Below, one piece after another: positions 12,569 through 25,188 of a stretch of DNA of 64,000 bases. The stretch's first letter is position 1, and each line of letters opens with the position of its first letter. The translations under genes and the position numbers were made by a program. The stretch covers positions 201,872,001-201,936,000 of the forward strand of contig NC_042997.1 in assembly GCF_006345805.1 (NCBI RefSeq), in the 5' to 3' direction. The notes beneath the pieces were generated by a model. It was not told where the DNA came from. It made no database searches and saw nothing but the letters and a program-made list of their open reading frames with translations. The DNA is from Octopus sinensis (lineage: Eukaryota).

Positions 12569-12902
12569 GTGTCTATCATAGTTTGGCTGAATGGTTTAAA
12601 AACACCATTTGACAATTGCAATGTCTTGGGACCAATCCCACCAATTTTGGGGCCTATCTTGGGCAAACATCTTTTGTCACAGCCTTGGATCAACCCAATC
12701 CTTGTGAATGAATTTAGATTTTCAGAAACTGCTTGGAGGCCATGTTGTTGCTTAATAGTTTCAGCCTGTGACATTTAGGCTGTTTATCATGGAAACATAT
12801 AATGTTGAATAGTTGCTCAAACAGAGGAATATATCTGAGCAGAATATCAAATCAAAACAAACTGTTGAATCAGCTCAATATCAATATTTGATTCATCTGT
12901 GT

Positions 12903-13144
12903 TGGTGGCTCTCAAAAGGTGTCCACATGACCATTAGGGGTCCCTGTAAAGTTTATCTGAAAGTTTATACTTCTATTATACACAAAATATTTTAACAACT
13001 TTTTTATACAATTCGTAATAATATTTAATTATAAAAAAAAACACACAAAAAAAGGTTTTTTTAGACTTTGAATGGTTATGGGGTCCAGTAGAATAAAATA
13101 AGAATGAAAGGGGTTCATAGACAAAAAGTGGTTGAGAGCCCCTG
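12903..13144. mobile_element. Old hAT (Charlie-like) MITE
   Basis: TGGTGGCTCTCAA...TTGAGAGCCCCTG ends; imperfect 8-bp TSD ATCTGTGT / ATCTATGC. Confidence 0.55.
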
Positions 13145-13214
13145 ATCTATGCACTTCATTAATTGCTGTTTACTCCTAGATCAGTCTTTGTTTTAGCAAA
13201 TCTATGAAGGTCAC

Positions 13215-13405
13215 CATGATAGATCGATAGCCACTAAACCTTTTTTATTTTCTCTTCCTGTTTATTTCTGTGTTCCTTTCTGTTAAAGTGCGTCGGCTCG
13301 AAACGTAAAAAAACTTTCACTTCCCAAGCGTTAAATTAATACATCCGTTTGTTGTTCACACACCTGCCTTCGTCTTTTGTTTCTTTGTAAATTCTCACTG
13401 TATCA
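13215..13405 (+). mobile_element. PLE-type repeat family P2 with degenerate hammerhead motif (13275-13311)
   Basis: CCTTT-CTGTTAA-A-GTGC-GTCG-GCTC-GAAA-CGTA-AAAA followed by AGCGTTAAA.TAATACA; homologous to 53610-53800. Confidence 0.65.
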
Positions 13406-14778
13406 GAAGTGGTCCAGTTGTTAGGTTCACAACCATAAAATCGTGGTTTCAATTCTCAGATTGAGTAAAACACTTCATTTCATGTCGCTCCAGGCCACTT
13501 GGCTGTAAATCAGTTCCAACAGTAAGCTGGGAAGTTAACCCTGCAAATGGATTGGTGTCCCATTTAGATGAAAGCAATGTTGTAATCTGTCATTTATATG
13601 TTATGGAAACTGGATTAAGCTCCAACCTTAGTCCTGGGGCTCATGACTGACTTAAGTCTATACAAAGTCTTTTCTTTTAAATGTTAGATATAAGAGAGAC
13701 TTGGCTGCTATTTCTAGCAGACTGTTTGACCACATGGGTTTCTTCATTAGCTCATGCAATTTGTCTTCTAGTCTAGGACACAAATTTAAGGAAATCTACC
13801 CCAAATGATAAAATTCAAAGTTGACTTCAAGGGGATTTGAACTCAGGACTTAAAGAACCATAATTGAATAGTGCAAGCCATTTTGTCTGATGCTCTACTG
13901 CTCATCAGTCCACCTTGCCTTTGGTTTGTAGTATCTTTAATGAATTTGTGTTTAGAGTTATGAAAATAAATCGATACTATTATATAACAATATAAACATA
14001 ACTAACCAATTCATATGTTTCTTTTGAAGCATTCATTAAGAACTCCTTATTTTCTTTTATTCATTTCTGAAGAATTTTTACCTCTTTTATAAGAATTTAT
14101 TATAGAAACATCTTGATAGATGTCAATTCCAAATAAAAACATTGAGGTCTAAGACACTGAATCACAGTGAAGGTGTCTCCTACCAGCGCTATCTCACCAA
14201 AGGAATTAATCAATAATTGAATAAACTCAAAATGTAATTATTAACTTTGATTGAATTTATTTCCTACAATTTTCTCTCAAAATTACTCTTTTGAATTATG
14301 CTTTCATATAAGTTAGAATAAAGGATTATAATAAAATTAATGTTTCAAATTCTAAGGTTATTTATTTTCCATTGATGAATGTCTAGAATTATTACAGTCC
14401 AGAAAAGAAAGATATTTTTTTTCAAAATACATTATTGTTAAAGATTGTATTTTTCTTTCAATTTCTTTTTTATAGTGAACTCAGACAATTATTATAAATA
14501 ACTAATTTCAATGATTTTAAAATTTTTACTGGGGTATTCATATTAAAGTTTTGAAAGATAATTTTAAATGATAAAAATCAATCATCTTGTCGCAATTTTT
14601 CTTTCAGTTTTATCAATATAAAAATATTTCTGTGTATACTCATCTGTAACCAGCAGTAATTCTCAGCCAATTTAATTTTAAGGCAAAGGAAGAATGTTTA
14701 AAATGAGAATAATTCAATATGTGATTGCATTTGGTTAATTATTTGAAGAGAATTCTAGTTCACCAATACAGTTCGCAA

Positions 14779-15105
14779 ATGACATTGCCAAACTCGAAAC
14801 ATTTGAAATAGTATGCTAGTAAAGTATACTTAGGATCAGTTGGACTGACCACCAAACAAACGAGTCAATATTTGAGGAAATGGGAACAGAAAGAGAAAAT
14901 TTAGTAACCCTCTGGAAGAGAAAGCTGCTGTGTTTTGGGCTTGTCACCAGAGCACAGAACCCTGGGACCCATATCCTAGAGGAAAAAAAGTTAGGGAGAA
15001 ACTAGGAAAATTTTGGCTGGATAACATCAAAGAATGGATCAGAAAATATCTGGCTGAATGCACAACCATTGCCAGAACCACGAATCAATGAAAAGAGTTG
15101 GTGCA
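14779..15105 (+). pseudogene. Ancient RTE-clade ORF C-terminus
   Basis: Translates NDIAKLETFEIVC**SILRISWTDHQTNESIFEEMGTERENLVTLWKRKLLCFG...WLDNIKEW, the typical RTE LRISWTD/WLDNIKEW tail, with stops. Confidence 0.75.
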
Positions 15106-17187
15106 TGCAATGAGATTAGACAAAACAAGTACTGTTAGTGTTCATAGATGGAGCCGCTTAACTTCAGATGGAAATGGGCTTGTATCTCAAAGCCAACAAA
15201 GCTAGTCTTCTACATATGGTATTCTTCTTTTAGGAGAAGAAATCTGAACTACAGAAAAGGAGCTTCGAAGCAGCTCTAATTGTATATCCACTAGGTTCTC
15301 ATGAGGGCTCAAATCATCTCATATCATGAGCATAAAACCAAAGAGGAGATCTATGGACACTCTCCACCCGTCCCTACTATTATTGCTCAAGACAAGGTAG
15401 ACTTTGACCGCCACTGCTCTTCTGCTCAGCAACAGACCATATCAGATGTACTTATTCCATTTGCAGGTCCCATCACAGTAGTCGTACAAGTATGGGGACA
15501 CACGCTGTAACAGTGCATTATAGCATCCACCATTTGTTGGTGATTCCCTACTCTTGGTGAATGATGTCTTTGCACCACTCAGGCAGCATCCTTCCAACCC
15601 ATGGGTCTGTTTGGGTAGTCACTGCTGGTGAGGGTTTTATGAAGGCTGAGTGTAAATCCTGCCTTGACCTCTTCTACTCAACTTTTATGACATGCAGAGG
15701 AAACATTGGGTCATTTCTTTGACATGCTGGTTCTACACATCAGAATCCCACATCGTTATTTTTCACTGCTACCTCTCTCTGCCAGGAGTGGGTAATTTGC
15801 CCCCTAACAGAGGACGAAGACCGTTCAAATACATTGATGTCATAGGTAGGGGGACACATGAAATCAAGGACCTCTTAAAGGTAATGGAGGGCAGAAATTC
15901 CTAGCAATGCATTGTGAAATGCACTTTGTCTGCATCTGCTTGAAGGTGGAAGAATATTATCACTTGGCCCAGGTCACTCACTGAATGAGCTGACCGATGT
16001 GCAAAGGCTTTCCTACTTTGACCTTCTGATTTCTTTGTTTCCAGACAAAGTGTAGCCATAGCAACATCTATCCTATGCTTTTTTCTTTTTTTTTGGGGGG
16101 GGGGGGGAGATTTTAATATGGAGTGGTTTTGAGGGAGATTTGGGCATCGTTGGGTTGTGCTTAGCAGAGAGTTATGAAAAGTGTGCATTCTGAGGAAGAA
16201 ATTAATAAAGTGTTGAATGTGGAGTAAGTGAAGATGGCATATTTGGAAGAGGAGGAATTGGAATATTGGGCAGATGGAGGCAGGTGGGGGGGAGATTAAG
16301 ATATTGAAAGAAGACAGAGACTACAAGATATTGAAGAAAGAGGGGGAGAGGGAGAAAGAGTAGGAGAGAACAATAATATTCAAGAAAGTAATAATATTCA
16401 GTAATTATTTGCAAAGTGTATAGAAATGTTTGAAGAGGAAGCAAACTGCTATTGTGAGAAGAATGATCCTGTCCTTGAGATGAAGATTTTCAATTTGTAT
16501 GGTTTTGGGCAAATACCTGCACATGGAGAGAAAGAGGTGGGTGGTTGATTGAATTGTCTGGTAGAATATGGAATTGTTTATGATCTCCTTTATTTTCAGG
16601 TAATAGCTGTAATGTTTTCTAAATCAGTGAATTGGATTACATCAAGAGAAATAGATCAGTCCATAACAAGACTGATGCTAATTCTTGTTTTTTTTTTGTT
16701 GTGTATGTGTGTGAGTGTATGCATGCTTTTATATGTACACACACACAGGTGTGTGTGTATATAGATGTTTATATCTATTTACATCCATACCTCTGTGTGT
16801 ATGTGTTTGTGTGCATATATCATATATATATATATATATAATCGTCTTCGTCATCATCACCATCCAGTGTCTTAAATCTGGGTTCTGTCCCCATTAACTG
16901 GGGTAGCCCAATCTACCTCAATGCCATAGTAATTGAGGCAGGTAGGTGCAACCAACCCCAACCTTCAGGCTGGTTGGTGCCCATTCTTCCTTGTTATCAT
17001 GAGGCATTTTTGGAGCTGGATTTTCTACTGGATCATGCCCTCATTTACCCCCCAACCTCAGTTTCTAGACATAAGTGGTCCCGAGACCAAGGTCCCTACA
17101 ATGATTTTTAAGAAATGTGGTGAAAACTAGCTCAGGAAGGCAGGGATGCTACTCCTTGAGACCCCTTTCAGACCACCCCCTACCTAT

Positions 17188-17700
17188 ATCATCATCATCA
17201 TCATCATTTAACGTCCATTTTCCATGCTGGCATGGGTTGGACAATTTGATTGGGAGACTGGCAAGCCAGGAGGTCGCATCAGGCTCCAATCTGATCTGGC
17301 AATGTTTCTACTGCTGGATGCCCTTCCTAACACCAAACACTCCAAGAGTGTAGTGTGTGCTTTTTAGATGTCACTGGCACGGGAGCCAGTGAGATGGCAC
17401 TGGCATCAGCCACATTTGAATGGTGCTTTTTATGTGTCACTGGCACAGGAGCCAGTCAGGGTGGGGGAGGGTGAGTTTGGGATCAACCACATTTGGATGG
17501 TGCTTTTTACATTCCACTGGCACAGGAGCCAGTTACGCTGCACTGGCAACGATCCACACATGAATGGTGCTTATTGCATGCCACCAGCATGGTACCCAGT
17601 CAGGCAGCACTGGCATCGGCCACAACTACAATTTCCATTTTTGATTTTAATTTGATTGAGATTCTGATTGTGATTTGATTTTGATTTTTGATTTTACTTG
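17188..17700 (-). mobile_element. RTE-related 3' end, diverged subfamily with ~4 tandem UTR units
   Basis: (CAT)n tail, CTGGATGCCCTTCCTAAC motif, repeated GATGGTGCTTTT.ATGTGTCACTGGCAC.GGAGCCAGT units. Confidence 0.75.
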
Positions 17701-17894
17701 ACTCAGTAGGTCTCCTCAAGTTTATGTTTGTATACAGACATTTAATTTAATTGTCCATGAAATGTGCTGAACTAGTTTTGATGGTGTTGCGACCAGCACC
17801 ACATAAGAAACCATTTATGAAAAAAGAAAAATTATTTTAAAATAATTTAGTGTAGCATGAACACAAGCCCAGAAAACCCTCCAATCCATCATCA

Positions 17895-18215
17895 TTAAAC
17901 ATCATTATAAAACCTCAACTGGCACCGATCCACACAACCTCAGTACTACTCCCCACTCCCAGTTCAGGTAGTTTTGTCTTGCAAAGTACATGGTGACCCT
18001 GTTGGTGTTGGTGCCATGTGAAAAGCACTGCTGCTGCTTGTGCCACGTAAAAGACACCCAGTACAGACTGTAGAATGGTTGGTGTCAAGAAGGGCATCCA
18101 GCTGTAGAAACCATGCCAAGATAAGACAATGGAACTTGGTGTGGCTCCTGGCCTTGCCAGCTCCTGTCCAACCCATGTAAACATGGAAAATGAGCATTGA
18201 ATGATGATGATAATA
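17895..18215 (+). mobile_element. RTE-related 3' end, diverged
   Basis: AAGGGCATCCAGCTGTAGAAACCATGCC...CCAACCCATG...AATGATGATGAT tail. Confidence 0.7.
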
Positions 18216-19842
18216 AACCATGCCTGACTCATGCCCAGTATGGCTGCCTTCATCTCCTGTATCTGCTATGGCAAGGTTTCTGTAAAATGGTTCTGACACC
18301 AACCACTTTACAAAGTATACAGAGTGGTTTTTTTACCATGCCACCAGCACTAGTAAGGTCACCATGCAGCTTGCAACACTGAACTCCAAGGGTGTGGCTT
18401 TGTTCCAGGAGATGTGGGATAAAAATATGAGAGAAGGGCTCAGAGCAGAACAGGTTTCTTGCTGCTGAGAGGCTATATGGCTATTCACATTTTATAGATG
18501 CCAGTACCGCTAGAAATGGTTGAGACAGAGGGATGAGGAGTGTGAGTGGATGTCGGCTGTCAGAGAGTGTAAAAGAGGTGTAGACAGCCATCAACAATGC
18601 AAGAGGTAGCTGGTGGGGGGGGGGAGTTGGACAGTGTAAGGCAGTATAAAAATGATTCAGTAGACAGGAGGAGAAGGACAAGAAAGATGACATGGTGTTG
18701 GGTGGGAGGGGGGGTGAGAAATTCAAAACTTTATTATTAAAAATGATTAAATTATTGAAATTAAAAAAAAAAAACATGCTAAGAGTCACATGATGTAGAA
18801 AAGTATTACTTCTTCAGCTCTTACATCAATTAAATATCATTACTCTCAGCTAATATCTGGAACATTTTCGAGGCCATTGAATTTGGTCATAAATCAGTCT
18901 TGTCTACAGCAAAGATGATGATAATTTTCGCTCTTATATATCCGTGTTCAATTAAATATCATTATTAAAATGTTTCAGTTATTTTCAAAATGTTTAAGAA
19001 ATTGGTTTTGGTTTTGATTTGGAATTTCTCTAAAAAAAATTTTTAATTCAAATTAAGTTTTTGAATCCTAAAACTTCTGCTGCCAATGATAGACTTTTCA
19101 TACCTGTGAATGGCAACATCCAGTTAAACATTTTCATTTTTAATGAAATTTACTTTCCTTGTCAAAATTGTTACAGAATATTGGTTACAATTCGTTTCAA
19201 ATTATTTTCAAATTGACAATGGTTTAACTTAATAATTTCTCGGAGATATTATTGTAAAGAATATTAGAAAACTGAAATAAGAAAATATTCTATTAATCCT
19301 GCTAATATCTTTAAAAAATATATATATATGTATACACATTTGTATTAAAGTTTTATTTAAATGAATAATTTTAGTTTCATTTGCTTTCTGTTTAATGCGA
19401 ACAAGTAGATTATTACTTGTCTGTCAAGGATTAAATCGAGATATATTACTTCGCGTAGAAATTTCTTCCAACTTAACAATAATACCCACTCATATCAAAC
19501 TGGTTGTTATTCAAAATAAGACATGTAATTTTTTTTCTATCATTAACAAAACCTAAAAATCAGAACAATAGTTTATATTTGCTAATGAAGCTAATTCAAC
19601 TTCATCTCGTTAGTAAACTGCTTAGTATTTCATTTTACATAGCTCACAGTAGCAAAAATGCTGAGTAATTACTAATTTTAAATAGCAAATAATTACTTTC
19701 ACTTGGAAGATATAGGTTATTCTCCATTTTATATCAATATTATTTAAGCAGTGTGGCACCTTGGGCAAGTGTCTTTGCAGACCAAAGCTTTGTGAGTGGA
19801 TTTGGTAGATGGATACTGAAAGAAGCCTGTTATGATATACAT

Positions 19843-20300
19843 ATCATCATCATCGTCATTTAGCGTCCGCTTTCCATGCTAGCATGGGTTGGACGGTTCA
19901 ACTGGGGTCTGTGAAGCCAGAAGGCAGCATCAGGCCCAATCTGATCTGGCAATGTTTCTACGGATGGATGCCCTTCCTAACGCCAACCACTCCGAGAGGG
20001 TAGTGGGTGCTTTTTACATGCCACCCACACAGGTGCCAGACGGAGCTGGCAAACGGCCACGAACGGATGGTGCTTTTACGTGCCACCGGCATGGGGGCCA
20101 GGCGAGGCTGGCAACGGACACGAACGGATGGTGCTTTTACGTGCCACTGGCACAGAGGCCAGTCGGGGCAGCGCTGGCAACGGCCACGATCAGATGGTTC
20201 GCTTAACCACAGCTGCAATTTCCATTGATGTTGATCGACTTCGATTTTGGTTCTGCTTTCTGATATCTGATTTGATTTGGTTTGATTTTGATTTTCATAT
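19843..20300 (-). mobile_element. Solo 3' end of the RTE LINE, inserted after a SINE A 5' half
   Basis: (CAT)n tail, RTE 3' UTR with VNTR units and the TTCCATTGATGTT...GATTTGATTT stretch. Confidence 0.9.
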
Positions 20301-20607
20301 ATAATGTAAACATATAACCAGTGGACTGCCAGTTACATGTAAGTGCTGGTGCCATGTAAAGAGCTTCTGTGCCAGTGCCACATAAAAAGCACTCATGCTA
20401 GTGTGCCATCGTAGTACTGGCACCGGTGGCACGTAAAAAGCAGCCACTACATTTTGTAAAGTAGTTAGCATTAGAAAGTGCACCAGCCATTGAAACCATG
20501 CCAAAACAGACAATTAGAGCTTGGCACTGCTCTCCAGCTGGCCACCTCCTATGAAACTATCCAACCCATGCCAGCATGGAAAATGGTCATTAAATGCTGC
20601 TGCTGCT

Positions 20608-20965
20608 TGTTTGTTTCTTTGCTGAGTCCGTAGTGGGAGAAGTCCAATATGTGGTCCTTTGCTATTTGTAAGACCCGCAGAAGAGAAAGCAGGTCAACCC
20701 CCGACACCGAGAGCATCGACCGATGGATGAATGTGCATCCAGGCTCAGCGGATGCGTAGGAAGTCGGGGACAAGAAACAAGAAGAAAGAGTGAGAGAAAG
20801 TTGGGGTAAAGAGTACAACAGGGGTCGCCACCACCCCCTGCTGGAGCCTCGTGGAGCTTTAGGTGTTTTCGCTCAATAAACACACACAACGCCCGGTCTG
20901 GGAATCGAAACCGCGATCCTCCAACCGCAAGTCTGCTGCCCTAACCACTGGGCCATTGCGCCTCC
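20608..20965 (-). mobile_element. tRNA-derived SINE, family C (young-looking)
   Basis: Minus strand GGAGGCGCAATGGCCCAGTGGTTAGGGCAGC...GGTTTCGATTCCCAGACC with clear box A and box B; CpG-rich body. Confidence 0.85.
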
Positions 20966-21542
20966 ACTTGCTGCTGCTGATGATGATGATGACGACTATA
21001 TAAACACCTAAAGCAGTAAGTAAAAAATGTACCCAAGTCATTGCTCATTCGCTAGACAACCGACTGCATTGTATAGATGCACAGCATATCATAATTAGTA
21101 ATTTTAGTGATATATTTGAAGTCATTAATATATAATTATTTGGTTGCATGTGTAAAATTACAGTTCTTTGATAATTGTTTTAATCTACCACGTTGTCTAT
21201 TTTTGTGTGTTCCTGTCCGAGTGTGTGTGAAAGAGAAGGACTTTGGCAAAGATTTATTTTATCCAATCAATAACTGTACTTAGGTGTAAACTGGCACTTT
21301 GTTGGTTTTAACAACCAGGGTTTTCAGTTGATCTGATCAAAGGGACAACCTGCTTGTGAAATTAACATGCAAGTGGCTGAGTACTCCACAGACACATGTA
21401 TGCTTAACACAGTTCTCAGAGGGGTTCAGCATAACATAAAATGTGACAAGGCTGGCCCTTTGGATTACGGGTACAACTCATGTTTGCCAGCTGAGTGGAC
21501 TGGAGCAAGGCAAAATAAAGTCTTTCCAAAGGACACAATATA

Positions 21543-21707
21543 GGCGCAGGAGTAGCTGTATGGTAAGTAGCTTGTTTACCAACCACATGGTTCTGGGTTC
21601 AGTCCCACTGCGTGGCACATTGGGTAAGTGTCTTCTACTATAGCCTCGGGCTGACCAAAGCCTTGTTAGTGGATTTAGTAGATGGAAACTGAAAGAAGCC
21701 CGTCGTA

Positions 21708-21740
<33 letters not shown>

Positions 21741-21958
21741 GCATGTGTGTGTTTGTGTGTCTGTGTTTGTCCCCCTAGCATTGCTTGACAACCAATGCTG
21801 GTGTGTTTATGTCCCTGTTACTTAGTGGTTCGGCAAAAGAGACCGATAGAATAAGTACTGGGCTTACAAAAGAATAAGTCCCGGGGTCGAGTTGCTCGAT
21901 TAAAGGCAGTGCTCCAGCATGGCTGCAGTCAAATGACTGAAACAAGTGAAAGAGAGTA
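21543..21958 (+). mobile_element. SINE family A, near-consensus
   Basis: Complete head GGCGCAGGAGTAGCTGTATGG, (TA)n centre and tail. Confidence 0.9.
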
Positions 21959-22230
21959 TACCACTAGGAATTGAACTCATGACCCTATGATTGTGAGCCA
22001 AATACCCTAACCACTAAGCCACTCACCTTCACACTTAGAAAAACTCTAAGACAACATGTGCTACATTAACAATCACTTAAGTGTAATTTGATTGTTAATG
22101 TAGTGTAGGTTGTATTAGAGTGATAGTGTTAGGTGTTCATATTATAGAACACAACTAAATTCTGTAATAATTTGCATTGGTGTGTGTCCAGTTGATGTAT
22201 TTCATGTTGAATTGATGATCTTTTTCTTTC

Positions 22231-22446
22231 TTTACTCTCTTTTACTCTTTTACTTGTTTCAGTCATTTGACTGCAGCCATGCTGGAGCACCGCCTTTAAT
22301 CAAGCAACTCGAACCCGGGGCTTATTCTTTTGCAAGCCCAGTACTTATTCTATCTGTCTCGTTTGCCGAACCGCTAAGTAACGGTGACATAAACACACCA
22401 GCATCGGTTGTCAAGCAATGCTAGGGGGACAAACACAAACACACAC

Positions 22447-22511
<65 letters not shown>

Positions 22512-22676
22512 TACGACGGGCTTCTTTCAGTTTCCGTCTACCAAATCCACTCACAAGGCTTTGGTCGGCCTGAGGCTATAGTAGAAGACACTTGCCCAAG
22601 GTGCCACGCAGTGGGACTGAACCCGGAACCATGTGGTTGGTAAACAAGCTACTTACCACACAGCCACTCCTGTGCC
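22231..22676 (-). mobile_element. SINE family A, inverted relative to 21543-21958
   Basis: Complete copy on the minus strand. Confidence 0.9.
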
Positions 22677-23337
22677 TTTCTTCACTTTTGGTTTAGATTT
22701 CAATGTGGCTTTGTTTTTTAATTACGTGTATTTACTTTATATACATATATGAGTTGGAAACTTTCTTTTAACATTTCGCTTAACGTCAATGTTCCATGCT
22801 GGGATGGGTTGGAGAGTTATTAATGTAGAAGGTTGGTATTTCAGCTACTAGCAGTTGAGACCTGCATAATCTAGACGGCATTTTTTAAATTTCATTATTC
22901 TCCTTAACCTAGGCAACGCTGGGTATTTGTGCTAGTTGTATTATATAAGTATTATATACATACATGTTATATAACTGTTATATACATTGGCATTGGGCCT
23001 CATGGTGACAAAGTGGCTGAGTTCCTTTCGAGTGTTGGGCTTTGGGACTATGTCATGCTTGAGAAGAAGACCCATCAAGCTGAGCAAAATTGCAGTCGTG
23101 ACAGATACCAGTGTCATGCAAATTGGCACGTGAATGCACCCCGGTGTCATGCAAATGGCACTCATGTCAGTGGCATGTAAAAGTACCCATTACACCCTCG
23201 GAGTGATTGTTGTTAGAAAGGGCATCCAGCTGTAGATAACCATGCCAAATCGGATTGGAGTTTGGTGCAGCCTTCCAGTTTGCCTGTCCTGGTCAAACCA
23301 TCCAACGGACGTTAAATGATGATGATGATACGTGTTA

Positions 23338-23747
23338 TTTACTCTCTCTCTTTTACTCTTTTACTTGTTTCAGTCATTTGACTGTGGCCATGCTAGAGCA
23401 CCGCCTTTAGTCAAGCAAATCGACTCCGGGACTTATTCTTTGTAAGCCCAGTACTTATTCTATCGGTCTCTTTTGCCGAACCGCTAAGTGACGGGGACGT
23501 AAACACACCAGCATCGGTTGTCAAGCAATGCTAGTGAGACAAACACAGACACACAAACACATACACACATATATATATATACATATATACGACAGGCTTC
23601 TTTCAGTTTCTGTCTACCAAATCCACTCACAAGGCATTGGTCAGCCCGGGGCTATAGCAGAAGACACTTGCCCAAGATGCCATGGGACTGAACCTGGAAC
23701 CATGTGGTTGGTTAGCAAGCTACTTACCACACAGCCACTCCTGCGCC
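23338..23747 (-). mobile_element. SINE family A
   Basis: Complete copy on the minus strand. Confidence 0.9.
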
Positions 23748-24407
23748 TATATGTTATATATATGTAATTATTAACTTATCTAAATCTTTAAAAAATTGCT
23801 TCAACTAATGAATGTAAAGATGGTTTTAGTTATTTAACGAACAGTTTTAAACATATGCCATATAAGCCCCATTTTCTTCTTAGAGGTGCAGATGTAGATA
23901 TGTGGTTAAGAAGCTTGCTTCTCAACCATGTTGACTTGGGTTCAGTCCCACCATGCAGCACATTGGGAAAGTGTCTTCTACTATTGCCATAATTTATGCA
24001 CATGACTCTTTCTGGCAGTCATTAGTAAATCTTAAATATTTCAGTTTATCAATTATTAACCTTTAATTGTAATTTTAAATTTTAAACATAAAAAAAAGAC
24101 ACTTTAATGTTAACAACGTTGTTGTTGTTGTTATTATTATTATTATTATTACATTTATGATTGTGTTTTAGGTTTATTCTACTACCTATTATTCAGATAT
24201 TCATGTGAAATAAATTGGAAATTACAATTAATTTGTAATTTTAATTAAAATAGAAATATTCGTGTGAAAACACTGGTTTAATCAAATTCTGCAGTACTCA
24301 TCTAAAACATTTTTCTGATATTGCATATTTTCATTAGAAATTTTCCAGAAAATATAAAGAAAAATCAATTTTCAACCATAATTAAAAATGGAGGGGGACA
24401 GCAGTCT

Positions 24408-24790
24408 ATGATTATTATTATTGTTATTATTATTATTGCTATTATTATTATTATTATTATTATTATTTTTGTTATTATTATTATTATTTTTGTTATTATT
24501 ATCATTATTATTTCTGTTATAAAGAAGTAATGTTTCAAGTTTTTCACAGGTCAATATGTATTTTGAATGAGTATTTAATTTGATGAGACCTCATACACTT
24601 TATCAGACGTTAATAACTTGGTGTGATAATTTTGGTCATTCGTCATCACCATCCACATCACTACCATCATCACAATCACCACCACTCTCATCACCACAAT
24701 CACTTCCACCACCACCGCCACCACTCATCATTGTGACCATCTCCATCCATCATCACAATAGTCATCATTATCATCATCATCATCAACAAA
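24408..24790. repeat. (ATT)n and (CAT/CAC)n microsatellite block
   Basis: Trinucleotide tracts that generate the poly-I/N/H ORFs. Confidence 0.9.
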
Positions 24791-24960
24791 TGCCCAGTTT
24801 CCCATGTTCCAGCATGGCATGTCACCATTTATCATGATTTTTTTGTCATCTCCTTTGTCAGGTGATCTTTCACCATCTCATCCTTTTACACAACTTCATT
24901 TATACCCAGTTTACTATTCTCAGCTGTTCTCTCATTCACTATGCATCTGGTGGAGGATAC

Positions 24961-25110
24961 TGAGATGAGGATATCTGTACATTACTTACATTAACGGATA
25001 TGTGTTCTCATCTTGTTTATTGTTACCACAATGTTTCGGCTCATTTGCTGCTCTCCAGCCTTCATCAGGTGTCCTTGTAGAATTTTGAACCTAACTCTGA
25101 ATGGCTATTT
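24961..25110 (-). mobile_element. PLE-type terminal repeat, family P1
   Basis: Minus strand GACACCTGATGAAGGCT...GCCGAAAC...AAACAAGATGAGAACACATATCCG...AATGTA...CCTCATCTC; its end is shared with the fold-backs at 12473 and 49713. Confidence 0.7.
25026..25074 (-). ncRNA. Minimal type I hammerhead-like motif
   Basis: GGACAC-CTGATGA-A-GGCT-N15-AGCC-GAAA-CATT-GTGG: intact core, 4-bp stem II, 3-bp stem I; ACGT palindrome decayed to ACAT. Confidence 0.65.
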
Positions 25111-25153
25111 TTTTTTGCTGATGTTATTTTTATTATTATTATTATTTATTCAA

Positions 25154-25188
<35 letters not shown>

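Noticed and set aside
15130-16200. GC-balanced segment that may be an ancient RTE 5' UTR/endonuclease start
   Set aside because: Weak APE-like hints on both strands are contradictory; needs a translated search.
19104-19271. Minus-strand segment with strong acceptor (TTATTTCAG) and donor (CAG|GTATGA)
   Set aside because: Stops in all three frames; could be non-coding or a pseudo-exon but is not supportable.
20900-20965. tRNA-like sequence (also the heads of SINE families A, B and D)
   Set aside because: Has box A and box B but continues into a SINE body with no acceptor-stem closure; SINE heads, not tRNA genes.
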